Below are positions 26,110 through 34,430 of a stretch of 47,466 bases of DNA, in pieces. A program made the translations under genes and the position numbers. The notes below the pieces were generated by a model that saw only the letters and a list, made by a program, of their open reading frames with translations, ran no database searches and was not told the DNA's origin. The stretch is from an uncultured Candidatus Saccharibacteria bacterium (lineage in GTDB: Bacteria > Patescibacteriota > Minisyncoccia > UBA6257 > 2-01-FULL-56-20), in assembly GCA_964568535.1 (NCBI GenBank), contig CAZMPQ010000002.1:1-47466 (forward strand), in the 5' to 3' direction. Position 1 is the first letter of the stretch, and each line of letters opens with the position of its first letter.

Positions 26110-27162
26110 ATGAAGCATATTATTATCGGTATCACGATTCTCCTATTTGTTGGTGTCGGTTTTTTCGGGAAATTGAGGGCTTTATTTGATGGAGGTAGGA
26201 GAAGTCCCACGCCCCCTCCGGTCAGCGTGTCCACATCAACTCCAGGATCAACTTCTCCTACAAACGCAAAACTCTTGTTCCGCTCGGGATTTGAGGACGG
26301 AGTTGTGCTCGATTCGCCAAAGATCGACGGCGACGGATGGTCACAATTTCTTCATGGGGGAGACGCAGGGTATGCATGGGAAGAAGTTTTGAGCAGGGGC
26401 ATTCCCAAAAATAGATTTACCTATCTCGTATCTTCAAGACAGAACAATTTGAGCACATTTGTAAACACCAGGATCGAAACCGTCACCGGACGAGATGGCA
26501 AACCGACGCGTGCCTTAATGAGCGAGCTTGTGAGACAAGACCCCACCCCGTTCATTGAGAATACGAGGAACCAATACGGGTTTTATCCGGAACCAACCGA
26601 CAAGCAGGCCTATATACGCCACTGGATCAAGCTCCAACCAGACCTGGGCACCGTGATATTGCCGTTGGGAGAAACTCATTCCCGTCAGCTTATGGAATGG
26701 AAAGAGACGGGGCCGCCCGGCGCGCGCGCTGACTTCAGATGGAATATTAACGTGAGGCGCAGTAAAGGCGTGGATGATCTGTATTGGTGGACGAACGCCC
26801 AGTTCGGAGATCTCGCTAATTCGCCGAAAGCGTGGGACTGCAGATCAACTGGTGTTCCTGTTCCTGTTGATGAATGGTTCTTGTTTGAGGTTTTTTGGAA
26901 GCTGGATACCACGGATGGCAGGGTGTGGGCAGCAGTGAACGGCAAAACGATCGTGGATTATCATGGACAAACCCAGAAAGACAGCGGACTTTTCGTGTGG
27001 TGGCCATTCAAGGTCTACACTGGCGGACAGATAGACACCATGCCCGACGCTCCTGGATATAGATCCATCTACCAATGGGTAGACGACGTTGAGATTTGGA
27101 GCGATTTTCCTGTTTCGGCTACAAAGCCACACATGGGCGCCTTCTCGTGCGAAACATTTTAG
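26110..27162 (+). CDS. secreted/membrane-anchored protein, polysaccharide-lyase-like jelly-roll (tentative)
   Basis: N-terminal TM/signal segment, Pro/Ser/Thr linker, Trp-rich C-terminal domain ending ...YQWVDDVEIWS, as in Polysacc_lyase/ConA-like families. Recalled from memory, not searched. Confidence 0.6.
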   Translation: MKHIIIGITILLFVGVGFFGKLRALFDGGRRSPTPPPVSVSTSTPGSTSPTNAKLLFRSGFEDGVVLDSPKIDGDGWSQFLHGGDAGYAWEEVLSRGIPKNRFTYLVSSRQNNLSTFVNTRIETVTGRDGKPTRALMSELVRQDPTPFIENTRNQYGFYPEPTDKQAYIRHWIKLQPDLGTVILPLGETHSRQLMEWKETGPPGARADFRWNINVRRSKGVDDLYWWTNAQFGDLANSPKAWDCRSTGVPVPVDEWFLFEVFWKLDTTDGRVWAAVNGKTIVDYHGQTQKDSGLFVWWPFKVYTGGQIDTMPDAPGYRSIYQWVDDVEIWSDFPVSATKPHMGAFSCETF

Positions 27163-27203
27163 ACGAACAGCGGCCTCATATCAAAAAACCCTCCTTCGGC
27201 TCC

Positions 27204-27815
27204 ATGGACGATCTGCGAACGACCTACGACAAAATAGCGCGCGATTGGACAAAGGCCCACGAGAGCGACGCGTGGTGGGTTGAGGGCACGAACAAACTCA
27301 TATCGCTCCTGCCACTCGGCGGAAGCGTATTGGATGTTGGTTGCGGTTCTGGCGTGAAATCAGAATATCTTGCGCAAAAAGGCCTCGCAGTCGTCGGAGT
27401 AGATTTTTCCGGCGAGATGGTGAAGCTCGCCACGCATCGCGTGCCGAACGGCAAATTTTTAATATCGGACGTTCGCGATGTGAGCAAGTTGGACCGGATG
27501 TTCGATGGAATCTTTGCGCAGGCCGTTCTGCTCCATATCCCAAAGAGGGAAATATCCGATGTTATTGCCGGATTGAAACAAAAACTGAAACCCGCCGGAT
27601 ATTTGTATATAGCGGTCAAGGAGCAGCGTCCAGGCAAACCCGAAGAGGAGATCGTAACAGAGAACGACTACGGCTACGAATATTCACGATTCTTCAGTTA
27701 TTTCAAGTTGGATGAGGTAAAAGACTATGCACGGGCTGCAGGAATGGATATCGTCTACGAGAACGTGACAACATCGGGGAAAACGAACTGGCTCCAGGTC
27801 ATCGGGCGCGCTTGA
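27204..27815 (+). CDS. class I SAM-dependent methyltransferase
   Basis: VLDVGCGSGVKSEYLA...VGVDFS motif I / post-I. Start moved to 27204 to avoid overlapping the preceding gene. Confidence 0.85.
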   Translation: MDDLRTTYDKIARDWTKAHESDAWWVEGTNKLISLLPLGGSVLDVGCGSGVKSEYLAQKGLAVVGVDFSGEMVKLATHRVPNGKFLISDVRDVSKLDRMFDGIFAQAVLLHIPKREISDVIAGLKQKLKPAGYLYIAVKEQRPGKPEEEIVTENDYGYEYSRFFSYFKLDEVKDYARAAGMDIVYENVTTSGKTNWLQVIGRA

Positions 27816-27840
27816 AAATTCCTCCACCGAACGGTAGAGT
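27812..27840 (+). promoter_or_regulatory. candidate promoter of tRNA-Thr(GGU) (TTGAAA-17nt-TAGAGT)
   Basis: The -10 box ends 9 nt before the tRNA 5' end. Confidence 0.45.
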
Positions 27841-27849
27841 AGCAGCGTC

Positions 27850-27921
27850 GCCGTTGTAGCTCAGTGGTAGAGCGACTCCATGGTAAGGAGTAGGTCGGGA
27901 GTTCAATCCTCCCCAACGGCT
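27850..27921 (+). tRNA. tRNA-Thr (anticodon GGT)
   Basis: GCCGTTG/CAACGGC acceptor, ACTCC-ATGGTAA-GGAGT anticodon arm, GGGAG-TTCAATC-CTCCC T-arm. Confidence 0.9.
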
Positions 27922-27923
27922 CA

Positions 27924-27964
27924 AAACACAAAACAGCGAACCGATGGTTCGCTGTTTTGTGTTT
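27924..27964 (+). terminator. 19-bp perfect palindromic terminator after tRNA-Thr(GGU)
   Basis: AAACACAAAACAGCGAACC gat GGTTCGCTGTTTTGTGTTT. Confidence 0.75.
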
Positions 27965-27965
27965 C

Positions 27966-28092
27966 GGGGAGGATTGAACGGGAAAGGGGTCGGGAAAACG
28001 GGAGTTTTCCCGTGGCGGAAGTTGGGAACCGATGGGTTCCCAAGAGCCCCGCCGTGGCGGGGCGACGTGAAATCCTCCCCAACGGCTCAAAA
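27966..28092 (+). ncRNA. tRNA-trailing structured element T1 (candidate novel RNA / miniature element)
   Basis: The 5' end is the exact reverse complement of the tRNA T-arm. The 3' end is a 22-nt direct repeat of the tRNA 3' end. Three internal hairpins. Homologous to 42752-42910 (minus) and 35513-35656. Confidence 0.5.
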
Positions 28093-28126
28093 GTAAAGTC
28101 GAAGGGCAACGGTAGGATGAGGGAAG

Positions 28127-28135
28127 TGGTATAAT
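28127..28135 (+). promoter_or_regulatory. extended -10 promoter element (TGgTATAAT) for the repeat-protein gene
   Basis: TG at 28127-28128, TATAAT at 28130-28135; 38 nt before the ATG. Confidence 0.45.
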
Positions 28136-28173
28136 GAAGCTGTCTGCGGCATCAACCGCAGCAGTTTTTCCTT

Positions 28174-30507
28174 ATGATACGGAAGGCTCTTTCCGCGTTC
28201 TGTGCGGCGACGATGCTTATCGCCGTGTTTGCGGCGCTCAGCGAGCCGTTCGTGGCGGCGGGTGAGGAGCTAAGCGACCAAACAGCCGCTGTGCGCCCCG
28301 CTGAACCGAATCCGGTGCTCGCGCCGTTCGCGCAATTCTTTCGGCGACTGCGGCGCGTGAGCGTGAGCTTTTTACGGAGCAGGGCTGCAGGAGAAAGCGC
28401 GCCCATCCTGACCGTTCTCACGAACATCACGAACGACAACGGCGGCACAACAGAACCGCAGCAGGTGATGGTACATGTCCGCGATGAGCACGGCGATATT
28501 GTGGGAAGCCCTTCGCCGGGTTCGGCAACGGGGCAAGGATACGAGCTCGCTCCCGGCATGTATACCGTGAGCTACGAAGGCATTCCATTCGGCTACGCAT
28601 CGGCCATCACCGGCGATTGCGCGCCAGACGGGACCATCACGCTCATCCCCGGCGATGTTGTGACGTGCGGTATAGAGAGCGATGATATTCAGCCGCAGGT
28701 CAAAGTGGTGAAACAGGTTGTGAACGATCACGGCGGGACGATGGATGCTTCAAATTTCATCATGTATGTGACCGGCTCTGGTTCGTTCGCGCAATTTCCC
28801 GGCGTGGCCGACGGAAGGGTCATCAGTATGAACGCAGGCGGTTATACCATCCACGAGTCCACGGTCGGCGGCTACACCGCCAGCTTTTCTGCGAACTGCA
28901 ATAGCTCTGTCGGCATCGGCGAGACGAAGATATGCGTCATCACGAACAATGACATCCCATCGCTCTTGGATGTCGCGGTGAACATCGTGAACGACAACGG
29001 CGGTACGAACTCGGTGGAAGATGTGTCGCTCGCCATAACCGGAACGAACCCGACTTCTCCCGCGCTGAGCGGCGCAACGACGCCGCAACCTATCGGTATC
29101 GGTGCTGGGCCGTACACGGTGACCGCCGCCCTGCGTGGATACGCGATGCTCACGAGCGCTGGTTGTTCGGGCACGATGGATTCGGGGGAACGGCGCACGT
29201 GCGTGGTAACCGCGAACGATATCCAGCCGGTCGTGACGGTAACGACGAACGTGGTGAACGACCACGGCGGAACGGCATCCCCGGGTGATTTTTCCGTCAT
29301 TGCGGCAGGCGAGAATCCCGTGCCATCAGCCTTCCCGGGCTCCTCTGCTGGTATAGCGGTAGCCGTGAACGCAGGTCCGTACACGATAGATCAAGCGCCG
29401 CCGTTCGGATACAGCCAGCAGTTCTCCGCGAACTGTTCCGGGATAGCGGAAGTCGGCGACGCGCTGACCTGTGTCATCACGGCAGATGACATTCCGGCGA
29501 AGCTCACGGCGATGAAAACGGTCGTGAACGACGACGGCGGCGCGAAGACGCCCGCTGACTTCACGCTCACGATCGCCGGTCTGCCGGCGCAAAACGGCGT
29601 TCCCGTTCCGCTCGCGCCGGGAACGCACCGCGTTGCCGAAACGCCCGACGCGGGATACGCGCCGTCCTACAGCGGCGACTGCGATGCGCAGGGGAATGTA
29701 ACACTCGCATTCGGTGAGTCCGCAATCTGCACCATAACGAACCATGATATCCAGCCGAAGCTCACCATCATCACGGCGGTGACGAACGACAGCGGCGGCA
29801 CGAGAACGGCAGGCGACTTCTCCGCAACGGTTGTCGGTACGAGTGTGTCGCCGTCCGGCGCCGTTCCCGGCTCATCGGTCGGCGTCGCGGTGACGCTCGC
29901 TGCAGGGTCATTCAGCGTGACGCCGGGTACCGTAAGCGGCTATACCTCCCTTGCCGGCGCAGGATGCAGCGGCACGCTCGCGGTCGGCGAGGAGCGCACC
30001 TGCACCATCGCGTACGACGATGTACAAAGCGAGCGTGCTGTAACGCGCACCAGCACGTTCTGGCGGCAGTACGGCGAATTCACCCGTCGAATGTTCCAAG
30101 AGAAGTTGAATAGTGCCATCCGAGTGGGTGATCCGGCGCGGAAGAATGTGAACAATTCGGAGAAGGTCTTCGGGCTGTATTATGCGAAAACGGACGAAAA
30201 AACGAACGGCGATGACCGTACGCGCGTGGAAATGGCGCGCATCAAGCTGGCGCGGGAACTCGTGACCGCACGCCTGAACTGCAGTGCTTTCGGATGCTCG
30301 GACGCCGTTCGTGCGGTCATCGCGACCGCGGATAAGGCATATGCCGGCACGTCCACAAGGGATATGGGCCGTTCGGAAGTTGCACTCAACGAATACAACC
30401 GGAGTGGCGTGCGACAAAGCATTCCAACATCGGCGGGCAATATCGGCAGGGCATCCGAGAGTCAGGCCGAACGGGGCGCCGACAAGCGGTTCTGGAACGA
30501 GCCGTAG
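28174..30507 (+). CDS. large extracellular protein with six tandem ~90-aa Cys-pair repeats (VxNDxGGT...C...C..TNxDI)
   Basis: Signal/TM N-terminus. Repeat motif at roughly aa 86, 185, 272, 362, 452 and 540. Non-repetitive ~170-aa C-terminal domain. Confidence 0.85.
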   Translation: MIRKALSAFCAATMLIAVFAALSEPFVAAGEELSDQTAAVRPAEPNPVLAPFAQFFRRLRRVSVSFLRSRAAGESAPILTVLTNITNDNGGTTEPQQVMVHVRDEHGDIVGSPSPGSATGQGYELAPGMYTVSYEGIPFGYASAITGDCAPDGTITLIPGDVVTCGIESDDIQPQVKVVKQVVNDHGGTMDASNFIMYVTGSGSFAQFPGVADGRVISMNAGGYTIHESTVGGYTASFSANCNSSVGIGETKICVITNNDIPSLLDVAVNIVNDNGGTNSVEDVSLAITGTNPTSPALSGATTPQPIGIGAGPYTVTAALRGYAMLTSAGCSGTMDSGERRTCVVTANDIQPVVTVTTNVVNDHGGTASPGDFSVIAAGENPVPSAFPGSSAGIAVAVNAGPYTIDQAPPFGYSQQFSANCSGIAEVGDALTCVITADDIPAKLTAMKTVVNDDGGAKTPADFTLTIAGLPAQNGVPVPLAPGTHRVAETPDAGYAPSYSGDCDAQGNVTLAFGESAICTITNHDIQPKLTIITAVTNDSGGTRTAGDFSATVVGTSVSPSGAVPGSSVGVAVTLAAGSFSVTPGTVSGYTSLAGAGCSGTLAVGEERTCTIAYDDVQSERAVTRTSTFWRQYGEFTRRMFQEKLNSAIRVGDPARKNVNNSEKVFGLYYAKTDEKTNGDDRTRVEMARIKLARELVTARLNCSAFGCSDAVRAVIATADKAYAGTSTRDMGRSEVALNEYNRSGVRQSIPTSAGNIGRASESQAERGADKRFWNEP

Positions 30508-30520
30508 GTGTCCCTCGCGT

Positions 30521-30548
30521 TTGCAAAAACACGGCATTTGTATATAAT
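30521..30548 (+). promoter_or_regulatory. candidate rpmG promoter (TTGCAA-16nt-TATAAT)
   Basis: Hexamers at 30521-30526 and 30543-30548. Confidence 0.55.
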
Positions 30549-30562
30549 GCTCCGGTACTCGT

Positions 30563-30742
30563 ATGGCTAAAGCAAAGCGTTCCGACAACCTCATCGTCCT
30601 CCGGTGCGACGTCTGCAAGCGGCGCAATTTTTACACGCGGAAGAACAAGAAGAAGGTAGAACGGAAAATAGAACTGCAGAAGTACTGCAGTTGGTGCAGG
30701 AAGAAAACGAAACATAAGGAAGGAAAAATCTCCGGCAAATAG
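30563..30742 (+). CDS. rpmG: 50S ribosomal protein L33 (zinc-ribbon type)
   Basis: Not in the ORF track (59 aa). My translation: MAKAKRSDNLIVLRCDVCKRRNFYTRKNKKKVERKIELQKYCSWCRKKTKHKEGKISGK. Confidence 0.9.
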   Translation: MAKAKRSDNLIVLRCDVCKRRNFYTRKNKKKVERKIELQKYCSWCRKKTKHKEGKISGK

Positions 30743-30755
30743 CCGGAGATTTTTT
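30724..30755. terminator. bidirectional terminator between rpmG and tRNA-Trp
   Basis: AAAAATCTCCGGC aaata GCCGGAGATTTTT(T); overlaps the rpmG stop codon. Confidence 0.75.
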
Positions 30756-30765
30756 CTTCCTTATG

Positions 30766-30836
30766 CGGGGGCGGAAGGAATCGAACCCTCGTCGGTGGTT
30801 TTGGAGACCACAGTCCTACCATTGAACGACGCCCCC
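30766..30836 (-). tRNA. tRNA-Trp (anticodon CCA)
   Basis: The reverse complement folds as GGGGGCG/CGCCCCC acceptor, GTGGT-CTCCAAA-ACCAC anticodon arm, GAGGG-TTCGATT-CCTTC T-arm. Confidence 0.9.
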
Positions 30837-31023
30837 AATGGCGTATGGTCTATAGCTTATCTCGTACACCAAAAAATTCAACTCAGTACGACATCGCTTG
30901 AGGGAATTGGTGCAGACATGATATACTCACCGGCGTCTTCGGCGCGCCTCGCGCGGCCGAAGAGTTCTTTTGTTCCGAAGGTCGGTTCCATCAAAAAACG
31001 AACGAAAGGAAAATAAACACACG

Positions 31024-32436
31024 ATGCGATACACCACTCGCGTAGGATTAGTACTCGGTGCGCTCCTCATAGCTGTTGCGCCATTGGTGAGCGCAGGAGC
31101 GGCAGGGACGGAAGGGGATGTGGCCGCAAGCCACGGTCCGGGATTCTCGTTGCTTTGGGTCGGCATCCTGTTGCTTCTCGCGCGCATTGCCGGCGCGCTC
31201 GCGGAGCGGCTGGGCCAGCCAGCGGTTCTCGGTGAGCTCTTCGCCGGGGTGCTCTTGGGAAATCTGTTCCTCGTCGGCGTGCCCTTTTTGGAGGGGGCGA
31301 AAGCGGACATCCACGTCGCATGGCTTGCGCAGGTAGGGGCGGTGATTCTGCTCTTCATGTCGGGTCTGGAGACGAATGTGGATGAGATGCGCCGCGTCGG
31401 CATCCGTGCGTTCCTCGTTGCTTGCGTTGGCGTGGTAGTGCCGTTCGTGCTCGGCGCGTTCGTTGCGCCGATGTTCTTTGTGGAGATGTCGCGGAACGGC
31501 GCCATCTTCCTTGGCGCGACGCTTACGGCGACCTCGGTTGGCATCACCGCCCGCGTCTTCAGCGACCTCAAAAAGAGCAAGACACCGGAGGCGAAGATCG
31601 TGCTCGGCGCGGCCGTCATTGACGACGTGCTGGGGCTCATCATCCTTGCGGTGGTCTCCGCGCTTGTCACAGCGGGGACCATCGGCCTCGGAACCGTCGC
31701 GGGCATCACGCTCACGGCGACCGCGTTCCTTCTGGGCGCCATCGTCATCGGCCGCCTCGCAGCGCCCCGTTTGGGAGAGTGGTTCTCGCGCATCCATTCG
31801 GGAGAGGGAATGAAGTTCACGCTGGCGTTGAGCTTCTGCTTTATCCTCGCATGGGCATCAGGCGAGATAGGTCTTGCGGCAATCGTGGGTGCGTTCGCGG
31901 CCGGACTCGTGCTTGATCCGGTGCATTTCCGGATGTTTCGGAGATCGGAGCACGCCGAGCGAATGCGCGAATATGTCGCGCATCTTCCCGAAGAGCACCG
32001 GAAAGGCGCAGTCGCGCATGCAGAAGAGGAAGAGGAAAAGCATGTGGAGTACCTTGTTCGTCCGGTCTCGTTCCTCCTCGTCCCACTCTTCTTTCTGAAG
32101 ACGGGCATGGATGTTCGTTTGGAGACATTATTTGACCCATCGCTCCTTGGCGTGGCGCTTGCGATCACGCTCATCGCCGCGTTCGGCAAGATTGTGTCTG
32201 GACTTGCGGCGGGCAGCGTGAATAAATGGGTCGTCGGCGTCGGGATGATACCGCGCGGAGAGGTCGGGCTCATCTTCGCCGCTATCGGCAAAGGGCTTGG
32301 CGTCGTCTCCGATGAGGTCTACTCGGTCATCGTCATCATGGTCATCTTGACGACGCTCCTCACGCCGCCGGCGCTCGCGTGGCTTTTGAACCGCGGGCCG
32401 CGCGGGGCGGGCGAAGCGTCCGCTGCGACCGCATAA
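31024..32436 (+). CDS. cation:proton antiporter (CPA2 / Kef-NapA type)
   Basis: About 470 aa polytopic membrane protein, Na_H_exchanger-like. Start taken at MRYTTRVGLVLG... (31024). Confidence 0.8.
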   Translation: MRYTTRVGLVLGALLIAVAPLVSAGAAGTEGDVAASHGPGFSLLWVGILLLLARIAGALAERLGQPAVLGELFAGVLLGNLFLVGVPFLEGAKADIHVAWLAQVGAVILLFMSGLETNVDEMRRVGIRAFLVACVGVVVPFVLGAFVAPMFFVEMSRNGAIFLGATLTATSVGITARVFSDLKKSKTPEAKIVLGAAVIDDVLGLIILAVVSALVTAGTIGLGTVAGITLTATAFLLGAIVIGRLAAPRLGEWFSRIHSGEGMKFTLALSFCFILAWASGEIGLAAIVGAFAAGLVLDPVHFRMFRRSEHAERMREYVAHLPEEHRKGAVAHAEEEEEKHVEYLVRPVSFLLVPLFFLKTGMDVRLETLFDPSLLGVALAITLIAAFGKIVSGLAAGSVNKWVVGVGMIPRGEVGLIFAAIGKGLGVVSDEVYSVIVIMVILTTLLTPPALAWLLNRGPRGAGEASAATA

Positions 32437-32458
32437 CACCTCCTCGTTCGTATCAAAG

Positions 32459-32494
32459 ACCGCTCTGCGCCGACAGGCGCAGAGCGGTTTCGTT
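32459..32494 (+). terminator. terminator after the antiporter gene (13-bp perfect stem)
   Basis: ACCGCTCTGCGCC gaca GGCGCAGAGCGGT TTCGTT. Confidence 0.65.
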
Positions 32495-32580
32495 CATAAA
32501 AATTTCAATCGCCCGGACACCTGGTGGCGTCCGAGCGATTGCAGGGCTTGTCCCGCCGTGGCGGGATCCGAAGCCCCTTA

Positions 32581-32865
32581 CTACTTCTTGGTGTTCATCC
32601 CGATGTCGGAGGAGCGCTTCACGCGCTCCAGCTCCGCGTCCACTCGGCGATTGAGCTCCGAGTCGGAGAGTCGCTGCGCGGGGAGCGTCTTCACGCTCGG
32701 CGCCGATGCCGCGGGCGCCTCGCAGAAGGGGAGCTTCTGCTCGATGCAGATCGAGCGGAGCTCGCTCGGGACGTCGAGCGTCACGAACGCCACGGCCACC
32801 GCAGCGAGCAGAAAGAGCGCCAGCACGCCCGAGCCGATGCCTGACGATACGCTACAATTCACCAT
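32581..32865 (-). CDS. hypothetical small membrane-anchored protein (94 aa)
   Basis: Start MVNCSVSSGIGSGVLALFLLAAV... with GGAGGG 5 nt upstream. One TM segment. Confidence 0.55.
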   Translation of the reverse strand: MVNCSVSSGIGSGVLALFLLAAVAVAFVTLDVPSELRSICIEQKLPFCEAPAASAPSVKTLPAQRLSDSELNRRVDAELERVKRSSDIGMNTKK

Positions 32866-32931
32866 ATCTTCCCTCCTAGGAAGGCCCGCCGGAGCGGGGG
32901 GATGTCCACCCAATACTCAAGGTGCTCGTAC

Positions 32932-32961
32932 ATTATACCATATTATAACATATTATGTCAA
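32932..32961 (-). promoter_or_regulatory. consensus promoter on minus strand (TTGACA-18nt-TATAAT, with TGg extended -10)
   Basis: The reverse complement of 32956-32961 is TTGACA; the reverse complement of 32932-32937 is TATAAT. Confidence 0.65.
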
Positions 32962-33001
32962 GTATGGGTAAGTGGTCAAAAACCTTATGCAATAAGGCAT
33001 C

Positions 33002-33030
33002 TTGACGTACATCTAGGTTTCAGCTATTCT
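33002..33030 (+). promoter_or_regulatory. candidate promoter (TTGACG-17nt-TATTCT) driving a ~165-nt structured leader
   Basis: Hexamers at 33002-33007 and 33025-33030. Confidence 0.45.
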
Positions 33031-33204
33031 GTCTAGGTTCCAAAGACCGCAGGCATTTCCACAAGGAATCTAAGCCCCGCGCAGGAGAGCCCCAGAATAC
33101 CGGGGTTTTCGGACGGTCTTTGGAGGCCGTTTTATTTTTCGCCGAAGGCGAAAAATAATCCTGAGCGAGCGTGGCGAGTCGAAGGATTATCGCACATTTA
33201 TTCT

Positions 33205-33483
33205 ATGAAGCGAGCAAGGCATACGATGGACGTTGTGGGGCGGCGCGTTGCCGATGTGTTGGGCTGGGGAGGCGTACTGTGCTTCCTGCTCGCATATATC
33301 CTTGTGACCTATGGTTGGCTGTTGCCGACAGGCGCGGGATATCAACTCTTGAACATCCTCGGTGCGCTCGGGCTCATTATTGAAGCTCGCGGCAAGAGGG
33401 ATGCGCAAGTCGTGGCGCTCAATATTGTCTGGCTACTCCTTGCCGCGTTCGCGATCATTCGCTCAGCGCTCTCGCATTCGTAG
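33205..33483 (+). CDS. hypothetical small membrane protein (92 aa, about 3 TM)
   Basis: Hydrophobic segments VLCFLLAYILVTYGWLL, LLNILGALGLII, NIVWLLLAAFAII. Confidence 0.55.
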   Translation: MKRARHTMDVVGRRVADVLGWGGVLCFLLAYILVTYGWLLPTGAGYQLLNILGALGLIIEARGKRDAQVVALNIVWLLLAAFAIIRSALSHS

Positions 33484-33520
33484 ATTCGTCTCAATTCGTA
33501 TATTCGGGAATACTCTCATG
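33476..33520 (+). repeat. ATTCGT-unit repeats ending in ATTCGTATATTCGGGAATACTCTC-ATG
   Basis: ATTCGTAG ATTCGTCTCA ATTCGTAT ATTCGGG..., then the rplJ ATG at 33518. Confidence 0.85.
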
Positions 33521-34024
33521 AAAACAAAAGCCCAAAAACAGGAAGCAATCACAAAAGGAGAGGGTCTCTTCGCAAAGAGCGAGGCGGTCTTATTCATCGA
33601 TTTTGCGAAAGTCCGGACCGCCGATCTCCGGAATCTCCGCGTTGAACTGAAAAAAGCGGGGAATCCGCTGCTCGTTATGAAGAAGCGGCTCCTCGCGCTG
33701 GTCCTCAAAAAGAACGGCCTTGCGTGGGAAACGAAAGATATGAAAACGCAGGTCGGGGCGGTGTTCGCCTCGTCATTGGAAGCCGCTGCGCAGTCCGTCC
33801 ACAAGTTCTTCAAGGCGCTCGAAAAGGAGAAGAAGATAGAGGGCACGAAGATACTGGGGGGATTTGATGTGAAGAAAGGAGTGTTCATGCCCGCGCCGGA
33901 AGTATCAGCCATCGGTTCGCTCCCGCCGCGCGATATCCTCCTTGCGCAGCTCGCGATGATGCTCGCAGCCCCAGTGAAGCAATTGCTCTACGTGCTGGAT
34001 CAGAAAGCAAAGCAGTCGAAATAA
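33518..34024 (+). CDS. rplJ: 50S ribosomal protein L10
   Basis: [41 protein letters not shown]... Start placed on the conserved module. Confidence 0.9.
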   Translation: MKTKAQKQEAITKGEGLFAKSEAVLFIDFAKVRTADLRNLRVELKKAGNPLLVMKKRLLALVLKKNGLAWETKDMKTQVGAVFASSLEAAAQSVHKFFKALEKEKKIEGTKILGGFDVKKGVFMPAPEVSAIGSLPPRDILLAQLAMMLAAPVKQLLYVLDQKAKQSK

Positions 34025-34046
34025 TCACCCAAAGGTCACTACAACT

Positions 34047-34415
34047 ATGGCGAAAAACTACGACAATCTTATCGCTGAAATAGAGAAACTCTCGGCCCTG
34101 GAGCTCTCCGAGCTCGTGAAGGCGCTTGAAGAGAAGTTCGGTATCTCTGCAGCGATGCCGGTTGCCTCAGCTGGCGGCGCGGGCGCTGCGGCGGAGGAGG
34201 AGAAAACGGCATGGAACGTTTTCTTGAAGTCCGCCGGTGAACAGAAGATAAACGTCATCAAGGTCATCCGCGAAGCGACGGGTCTTGGCCTCAAGGAGGC
34301 AAAGGACATCGCTGATAGCGCACCGAAGATGGTGAAGGAGGGCCTCAAGAAGGACGAGGCAGAAGCCTTGAAGAAGAAGTTGGAGGAAGCCGGTGCGGTC
34401 GCGGAGCTCCAGTAA
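34047..34415 (+). CDS. rplL: 50S ribosomal protein L7/L12
   Basis: 122 aa with Ala-rich hinge, ...[18 protein letters not shown]... Confidence 0.96.
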   Translation: MAKNYDNLIAEIEKLSALELSELVKALEEKFGISAAMPVASAGGAGAAAEEEKTAWNVFLKSAGEQKINVIKVIREATGLGLKEAKDIADSAPKMVKEGLKKDEAEALKKKLEEAGAVAELQ

Positions 34416-34430
34416 GGAAGCTCGAACGCG

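Noticed and set aside
27966-28092. tRNA-trailing elements as additional tRNA genes or pseudogenes
   Set aside because: They have no anticodon arm or D-arm, and the three internal hairpins do not fit tRNA dimensions. Only the termini are T-arm/acceptor-like.
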